A stretch of DNA of 64,000 nucleotides, from positions 67,770-131,769 of the forward strand of contig JBKHYJ010000042.1 of NCBI GenBank assembly GCA_046565505.1, given 5' to 3'. The notes under the pieces were generated by a model. That model worked only from the letters and a program-made list of their open reading frames with translations, was not told where the DNA came from and did no database searches. This document shows, one piece after another, positions 29,701 to 38,700 of this stretch. Position 1 is the first letter of the stretch. Every line of letters begins with the position of its first letter. Position numbers and translations under genes: made by a program. The stretch comes from Blastocatellia bacterium (lineage in GTDB: Bacteria; Acidobacteriota; Blastocatellia; UBA7656).

Positions 29701-32700
29701 GGAGAGGTCAACGTAGTCGATCTCGAAGTGGATATTCTGGTGCTCTATCCGCCGCGGCGCGCCGTTCGACTCGACGACGGTGCTGCGCAGCACGTCACTG
29801 TTATCTATGACCTTCTGGAACGCCGCGCGGAAATGCGCAACGTCGATCGCGCCTTCGATGGCGAACGTCCCTAGAACGTTGTCGAAGTACAGCTGTACGT
29901 CAGGCTGTAGCTTTTTGCTGAACCAGAACAACAACTGGTTCTGTGCCATGTTCGATTGTTCGTAGATGGCGTCAGTCGCGTCGGCTATGACGCCCTGGCC
30001 GTCCTTTTCCGCCTGCGGGAGTGCAGGCCCCGTCTGCCCCGGCCGTCGTTCGACCAGCGGCGGCAGCGTGAGGATGCGTCGCTCGGGATGGTGGGCGACA
30101 TCCTCCAACACCGCCTCGAAGAATTCCAGGAACCGCCGGGCCGTCGAAGCCTCAAACAGGTCGGAGTTGTATTCGAGCGCCCCCCTTAGTTTCCCCTGCT
30201 CTTCGCGGACGAAAACGGTCAGGTCGAGCCTGGACGTGTGGTCCTCGAACGGGATGCGGCTGACGGTGACGCCGGGCAGGTCAAGGAGCTGGGGTGAAGA
30301 ATTCTCGAAGGCGAACGCGACCTGGCGCAGAGGCGGGCGGCTAAGGTCTCTCTTCTGCTGGAACGCCTCCACCATCTTCTCGAATGGCATGTCCTGGTGG
30401 TCGAAGGCGTCGAGCGTCGCCTCGCGCACGCGATTTATCAGCTCCTTATAAGTCGGGTCGCCCGACAGGTCTATCGGCGGGACCAGTATGTTAGTGAAGA
30501 AGCCGATCAGCCCCTCCGTCTCCATGTGATTCCGGTTGGCGACGGGCAGCCCGACGATTATCTTCTCCTGGCCGGAACACCTGTGCAGCACGGCGGCGTA
30601 AGCCGCCAGCAGCGTCATGAATAGTGTGCTCCCTTGCTGTAGGCTCAGCTCCCTGACGGCCCTCGACAGCGAATCGGGAAACTCAAATGTCAGGGTCGCG
30701 CCGCGGAATGCCTGGACGGCGGGCCGCGGCCTGTCGGTCGGCAGGTCCAGCGTGGGAATGTCATCGCCCAGGCGGCGCTTCCAATGCTCAAGCTCCGCCC
30801 CTAACACGGGGCCGTCGAGCCACCGGCGCTGCCAGACGGCGAAGTCCGCGTACTGGATGGGCAGCGCGGGCAGGGGCGAGGCCAGCCCCTCCGAGAAAGC
30901 CCTGTAGAGCGCGGAAATCTCCCCGTTGAAAATCCCGACCGACCAGTCGTCAGACACTATGTGGTGAATGGCGAGAATCAGCACGTGTTCGTGTTCGCCG
31001 AGCCGGGCAAGGGCGGTCCTCAGCAAAGGCCCTCGGGTCAGGTCGAACGGACGGCGCGCCTCTTCGGCGGCCATTCGCAGGACGGCTTCTTCCCGCGCAG
31101 GCTCATCCAGGTGCGACAGATCGACGACCGGAAAATCCACTTCAAGGCTCGGCGCGACGACCTGCACGGGCTGGCCCTTGTCAGCGCTGAAAGTCGTGCG
31201 CAGTATGTCGTGGCGGCGCACGACTTCGTTGATGCTGCGCCCGAAGGCCCTCACGTCCAGCGGTCCGCTCAGGCGCAAGGCGACGGAGACGTTATAAACC
31301 GGGTTGTTCGGCACGAGCCGGTCGAGGAACCACAGCCGCCACTGCGAGTAAGATAAAGGGATCGCCGCGCGACTCCGCGATTTTTCAATGGGCGGGGCCT
31401 GAAGTCCCGTCCCATTCGCCCGCTCGCTCTTGATGAACTCGGCCAGGGCCGACACGGTCGGCGACTCGAACAGCTTGCGCAAAGGCAACTCCATTTGAAA
31501 GGCGGCGCGGAGGCGCGAGACGGCCTGTGTCGCGAGCAGCGAGTTGCCCCCTGCCTCGAAGAAATTCTCATGCACGCCTACCCGCTCAAGGCCCAGCACC
31601 TTCGCCCACACGTTAGCCACGATCTCTTCCACGGGGTTCGTGATGCCGGGACTCACGGCCTCGGATGCGGCTTCGTGTTGATCGGGCGCGGGAAGCGAGC
31701 GGCGGTCCACCTTGCCGTTCGGCGTCAGCGGGATGGCGTCCAAAAACAGGAACCGCGACGGAACCATGTACTCAGGGAGCCGCGCTTTCAGGAAAGCGCG
31801 CAGGTCGTCCGCACTGACATCTCTGCCCTGCTCCGCTACGACATAAGCCACCAGCCGCCTGTCGCTCGCCTCATCTTGCGCGGCCAATACCACGGCGTTG
31901 CGCAAGGCGTCGTGGCCTCGCAACACCGATTCGATTTCGCTCGGCTCTATCCGAAAACCCCTGACCTTCACTTGATCGTCTACACGGCCGAGGAACTCGA
32001 TGGCCCCATCGGGCAAGTGACGAGCCAGGTCGCCCGTTTTGTAAAGGCGCTCGCCCGGCGGGCCGCCGAACGGGTTCGGTATGAACTTTTCGGCGGTCAA
32101 GTTCGGGCGTTTGAAGTAACCGCGTGCCAGCCCCGCCCCTCCGATATGGATTTCGGCCGGGACTCCCGCGGGTACGGGCTGGGCGTCGCCGTCGAGCAAA
32201 TAGACCTGCGCGTTCGGGAGCGGATAGCCTAATGGGACGGTCGCGAGGTGATCGGCCATGCGCCGCGGGTCAGCATGATAGGTCAGCACGCCCACGGTGG
32301 TCTCCGTCGGGCCGTAGTGATTGATAACCGTCAGGCCGGGGTTGAGGCCCCGGAGCTGCTCGACCCAATTCCTCTGCGACGCCTCGCCGCCCAGCACGAG
32401 CATCTTGCGCGGTAAGACCTGCTCGCCATTAGAGAACGACCGCAAGCTCGCGAGGTGGCTCGGCACTACCTTGAGGCAGTCGATTGAGTTCTCGCGGAAG
32501 TAGCTGCTCATCGCGTCGGCGTCGGAGGCACGGTCCTCTGATATTACATGGAGGCAGCCGCCATTGCAGAGCGAAGGAAAGATGACCGTGTTTCCGAGGT
32601 CGGCCGCCGGCGTGGATACCAGCGCGAAGCTGCTCATGGCGGCCAGTCCTAACCTTTCGGCCGCGCCAATCATGTAATTGACCAGTTGCCTGTGCTCGAT

Positions 32701-35700
32701 GGCGACGCCCTTTGGCCGCCCGGTCGAACCTGATGTATAGAGCACGTAAGCGAGATTGTCGCCTGCTACATTAGAGGCCGGGTTCCCGTCGCTTTCCCGA
32801 CTTATCAGGTCCCAGTCCGAATCCACGCACACCGCCGCGTCCCCGTGTTCGGGCAAGGCATGAATCAACCGCTCCTGAGTCAACAGCGTCGCGGCCCCAA
32901 CGTCTTCGAGCATGAAAGCCACACGGTCCTTCGGGTATGACGGATCGATGGGCACGTAGGCCCCGCCGGACTTTAGTATTCCGAGCAGCCCGACGAACAT
33001 CTCCGGCGACCGCTCCATACACATGCCTACGGGCGTCTCGGGGCCGACGCCCAGCTTGCGCAGGTAATGCGCCAGCCGGTTCGCCCTCGCGTTCAAGTCC
33101 CGGAAGGTGAGCCGTTGCCCCTCGAACATTATCGCGATGTTGTCGGGCGTTCGCTCGACCTGCTCTTCAAAGAATTGATGCACGCACAGGTCTTCGCGGA
33201 AATCCCTCCGGGTGTCGTTGTACGCCACGAGCAAATGATGCAGCTCGGCCTCGGAGAGCATGGGCAGCGCCGAAATGGGCGTTGCGGGGGCCGACGCGGC
33301 TGCCTCCAGCAGCCGCTGGAAGTGGCCGGCCATCCTCCCTATCGTGGGCGCGTCGAATAGCTCTGTCTTGTACTCTATCCAGCCGCTTATCACGTCGGGC
33401 TGCTCTTCCGACAGCGCCATCGTCAGGTCAAATTTCGTCGCCTTTCTTTCGACTTCCACGAAGCTCGTTTTCAGTCCCGCCAAACTCGGCTCGGGCGTCG
33501 GCTCCATTTGCATCTCGAACATGGCTTGAAAGATCGGGTTACGGCTCAACTGCCTTTCGGGTTGTAGCTCATCGACCAACATTTCAAAAGGCAGGTCCTG
33601 GTGGGCGTAAGCGTCAAGACACACGCCTCGCTCGCGGGCTAACGTCTGCGTAAAGCTCGGCCTCCCGGAGAGGTCCGTGCGCAGGACCAGTGTATTTACG
33701 AAGAAACCGATCAACCCTTCCAACTCCGCGCGGTTGCGGCCCGCTATGGGCGTGCCGACGATTATGTCTTCCTGGCGGGTATACCTGTGGAGCAATACCT
33801 TGAATGCGCACAGCAGGGTCATGAACATGGTGACGCCCTCCTGCCTGCTGAGCGCCTTGAGCGACCGCGTCAAATCCTCCGACAGAGCGAACGACTGCCT
33901 GGAGCCTTGGAAGTCCGAGGCCTGCGCGTGCGGCCGGTCCGTCGGCAGCTCCAGCACCGGGAGGTCGCCCGAGAGCTTCTGTCTCCAGTACGACAACTGC
34001 GATTCCAACAACTCACCTTGTAACCACCCCCGCTGCCATACGGCGAAATCAGCGTACTGGATCGGCAACCCGGGAAGCGGCGAAGGTCTGCCGGCGGAAA
34101 AGGCGTCATAGAGTACGCCCATCTCGCGCGCGAACACGCCCAGAGACCACCCATCCGAAACAATGTGGTGCAAGCACAGAATCAGCAGGTGGTCATCTTC
34201 GCCCACGCGCAGGAGCTTCGCACGAAGCAACGGCCCCGCGGCGAGGTCAAAAACATGCGCGGCCTCTTCTTCGGCTAACTTTAGCGCGCCGGCCTCGCGT
34301 GAGCCGGCCGGCAGGTCAGTAAGGCTTATCACGGGGAGAGGCAGCTTAAGCTCCGGCGAGATGACTTGCCGGGGCCGCCCCTCCGCGGAGATGAATGTGG
34401 TTCTGAGGGATTCGTGACGCCACACTAGCTCATTCAAGCTCTGCTCTAAGGCCGAAATGTCGAGCCGGCCCTTGATGCGTATGGCCCCCGGCATGTTGTC
34501 TGCGCGGCGGCCGGGCTCTAACTGGCTGAGGAACCACAGGCGCTGTTGGGCGAAGGAAAGCGGCAGTTGCCCGTCGCGGGAGGCGGGCGATAGCTGCGGC
34601 GCCGCAGGCGCGGCCGCCGACCGGAGCGCCCTCTCTACGACCTGCGCCAGCCCGGCCACTGTCGGCGATTCAAACAGCGCGCGGACAGACAACTCTACGC
34701 CGAACGCATTATGCACGCGAGACAAAAGCTGCATGGCTAGCAGCGAGTGTCCGCCCATCTCGGAAAAGTCGTCATAAATACTTACGCGGTCGAGCCCGAG
34801 CACCTCCATCCAGATTTCCGCAAGGGCCTCCTCGACCGGCGTGCGCGGGGCGGCAAAGATACCCGCCGAGGCGGGCTTAGTCCAGTCTGGCGCGTGAAGC
34901 GCGCGGCGGTCCACCTTGCCATTCGGCGAGAGCGGCAGCGCGTCGAGAAGCACGAGCGAGGAAGGCACCATGTATTCGGGAAGCTTCTCCTCCAAGTAGC
35001 TGCGCAGAATCGGGACCAGTTTTTCGATGTGGACCCCCTGAAGCGGCGCGGTCGCGTACTTGCCCCACGGCCTGGGGCTTATAGTCTCTTTGACGAGAGG
35101 GGCGGCCGCCCTGATCGCGGCTTCTCCCTGCCCGGCGGCGCGGCGCTGGAAGACGATCTCGTATCGGCCATCCGCCCTCGATTCCGACCAGCCTATGCTG
35201 ACGGAGTACGGCTCTTCGTCGCCTATCGCCCAGATGTCCTCGGGGTCTATTCCCTCTTCGCCCGCCCCGGCGTATTCTGCCATCAACTCCGCCGCGGTCG
35301 CCGGGCCGTTGGCCTGTTTCAGCATTTGCACCAGTTTCACATCCGCCATGACCCTGGCGTTGGGCACTCCCTTTATGGCTAGCAGGTCAGGCCGGCTCTC
35401 TCGCAGCAGTCGCCGCACGCCGGCCGCCGTCAGGCCTTCAGTTTCCCAGTCGAGCCAATCGACATGCCGGGCGGCGCGCCTCTCGCCCCCGACATGCAGA
35501 ATCACGTCGTAGCGGAATTTGCTTAGCTCGTTCCGATTGCGCCCCCGCATCAGCAGTATTTCCACATGGCTTATCTGCGGCAGGTGGCGCTTCAGCGCGA
35601 TAAAGAACTCGGGGTCGATCACCAGTTGTTTTTCTTTTAGCAACTGTGTTTGTACCTGCTGCAATAACTCCGCCTTAGACAGCCCGGGCGGCGACTTGTG

Positions 35701-38700
35701 CAGTTGGACGGAGGTGTGGAAGGCTTCGAGCAGCGACAAGTTCCTAACGTCGCCCAGGAAAATATGCCCGCCTTTCGCGACCGCCCTCACGGCCTGTTCG
35801 AGTACGCGCATGAGGTAATCGACGCTCGGGAAGTACTGCGCAACCGAAACGATCAGCACCGCGTCGAACTCGCCCTCCTCCACGCCCTGGAAATTATCCC
35901 CGCCCCTGAGCTTGAAGCTCACCTGCGGCAGGTCGACGCCCATGATCTTTAACTGCTCCTGAATCAGTTCGAGCGAGCGCACCGCCTGATCCGTCGCGTA
36001 ATACTTCTCGCAAGAGGGCGCGACGCGCAGCAGCATAAGCCCGCTGCCCCCCGAGCCGATCTCATACACGCGCGAAGGGCGCAGCGACAGGATTCGCTCG
36101 ACCGTCTGGTCCATCCACTCGCGCACCTCTTCGCCGGGGATGGGCGCATCGGAGTAGCTGCTGGTCCAGCCCTTGATGTAGAACCCGAGTTCTTCGCCCG
36201 GGTCCATGTCCCTGTAGAGGTCGTTGAAAATCTCGCGCCAGTCGGCGGCCTGCCTGCTTTGCAGGTCATCGCCCGCCGCGCGCTCGTCGAATTCCACGTG
36301 CTCCCTGTCCGGGACCACGAACCCGACGAGCCGCTTATTGCCCGCGCCATATTCCTGCGCGAGGATCACGGCGTCCCGCACGGCGCGGTGCTGCCTCAGC
36401 ACAGTTTCGATCTCCTCAAGCTCGACGCGGAACCCGCGTATTTTCACCTGCTGATCGACCCGGCCGAGGAATTCAAGGTTGGCGTCCGGGAGGTAGCGGG
36501 CGAGGTCGCCGGTTCGGTACATCCTTTCGCCGGGCTTGAGCGCGAAGGGGTTAGGTAAGAACCTGTCGGCGGTCGTGTCGGGCCGCCCGTGATAGCCTCG
36601 GGCCAGGAGGGCGCCGCCCAGGTAGACCTCGCCCTGCACGCCGACCGGGGCGGGCTGTAGGTTCGTATCCAGTATATAAATCTTGGCGTCGGGTATGGCG
36701 GACCCTATCGGTAGCTCGCGCGTCACGCCCTCCCTCACGGGGAACTCCGATATGTCGCACATAGAGACGGAGATCGTCGCTTCGGTCGGGCCATAAGTGT
36801 GCATGAGCCGGGTCCGGCCTGCCGCATGCTTCTGCCAGGCGGCGAGCCTCTCCGGGAACGCCCTTTCCCCCGCTATGACGACCATCCTCAGCGAGGGCGG
36901 CAGCGACAGATTCTCTTCTTCCAGCGTGGCCGTGATTTGATGCCAGTATGCGGTCGGCAGGCTCATCACGGATATCCCCCACTCCCTGCACCTCTCCAGG
37001 AAGACGGTTACGGAGTCGAGCATAGAATCGGTCCGCAGCACGAGCGCCGCCCCGCGGGTGAGACACGGGTATATCTCTTCCCCGCTTATGTCGAAACTGA
37101 TCGAGCAGAATTGAAGCGCGCGGTCACCGGGCTTCACCCCGTAGTTGACCGCGCAAGTTTCCGCGTAGCTCACAAGCGAGCGGTGCTGGACCATCACGCC
37201 TTTCGGGGACCCCGTGGAGCCCGACGTGTAAATGACGTAGACGAGATTTTCTCCCGCGACGGTGTTGACAGGGTTCTCTTCGCTCTCGCCCGCGACCGCT
37301 TCCCATCCGGAATCCAAACAGATCACGCGCACGTCCCCGGCCGGAATGGTCTTGAGCAATCGCCGTTGCGTCAGCAGCACGGGCACGCGGGCGTCGTCCA
37401 ACATCAGTGCGAGGCGCTCCGGCGGGTAGTCTTTGTCTAACGGCACGTAGGCGCCCCCGGCTTTGATGATCCCGAGCATACCCACCATCATTTCCAGAGA
37501 GCGTTCCATGCACAGGCCGACAAGAACGTCTGGCCCCACCCCCATAGACCGTAAGCGATGAGCCACCTGATTGGCGCGGCTGTTCAACTGACGGTAAGTG
37601 AGTTCTTCTTTCTCGAAGGCCAGGGCGATGGCTTCGGGCGACCGCTCGACCTGCCGCTCGAATAGCAGGTGTATGCAAGGAGATTGAATATACTGCCGGT
37701 CGGTATCGTTCCAGGCGAAGAGGATCTGTTGGCGTTCAGACCTCGACAGGAGGTCTAAATCCGAGATGCGCGCGGCGGGGTCGGCCACTATACTCTCCAG
37801 GAGTCTTTGGAAATGGCCCACCATCCTGCCGACCGTGCCGGATTCAAACAGGTCCGTGTTGTACTCGAAGGAGGCGGCCAGCCCCTCGTCCACCTCGGCT
37901 ATGCTCAGGGACAAATCGAACTGAGCTATCTGCTGGTGCAGGCCCGTAGATTCCAGTAGCAAATCTCCCAGCCGCATCTGCACCCCGGCCTCCCCCAGCG
38001 CGAACGTAGCCAGCCTTTGCACGTCCGGCAGGGGCGACTTTTGCCATACGAACATCACCTGAAAAATAGGCGAGCGGCTGAGGTCGCGCACGGGTTGCAG
38101 TCGCTCGACAAGTAGCTGGAACTGGAAATCCTGGTGCTCGAAGGCTTCCAGTGCGGTCCGGCGCACCTGGTCCAGAAACTCGTCGAATCTAACGGAGGCC
38201 GACGCCTGCGCCCGCATCACGACGGGGTTGACGAAATAGCCTACGACCCCGCGCAAGTCGGCCCTGCCGCGGCCGGCCGTCGGCGAGCCCACGAGGATGT
38301 CCTCCTGAGCGGTGTAGCGGTAAAGCAGCGCCTGGAACGTCGCCAGCAACGTCATGTAGGGCGTCGCTGAGCGCGCGGCGGCGAGGGACTTCAGGCCCCG
38401 GGTGAGGTCGCGTTCCAGCTTGAAGAATATCGACGCACCGTTGTAAGTCTGGACGGGCGGCCTGACTTTATCCGTGGGGAGATTCATCACGGGGAGGTCG
38501 CCGGCAAGCTTTTCCTGCCAGTACTGCCACAGCCGGTCGCCGGCGGGACCGGACAGCATCTCTATTTGCTGCCTGACGTACTCCACATACTCTAATTCGA
38601 TGGGCGGGAGCGCCGCCTCCTCGCCGGCCGTCTTAGCCTGGTACAGTATCCCTAGCTCACGCATCATCACGGCCAGGGACCAGAGGTCGGCTATGATGTG

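Noticed and set aside
30052-31368. Considered whether the first of the tandem C domains is an epimerisation domain (T-E-C arrangement)
   Set aside because: It carries C-type motifs (SxxQxRLWFL N-terminal motif, HHxxxDxWS rather than HHxxxDG(V/I)SW, IGFFTNILV, HQDMPFE). The E-specific motifs were not seen. Retained as a canonical C domain.
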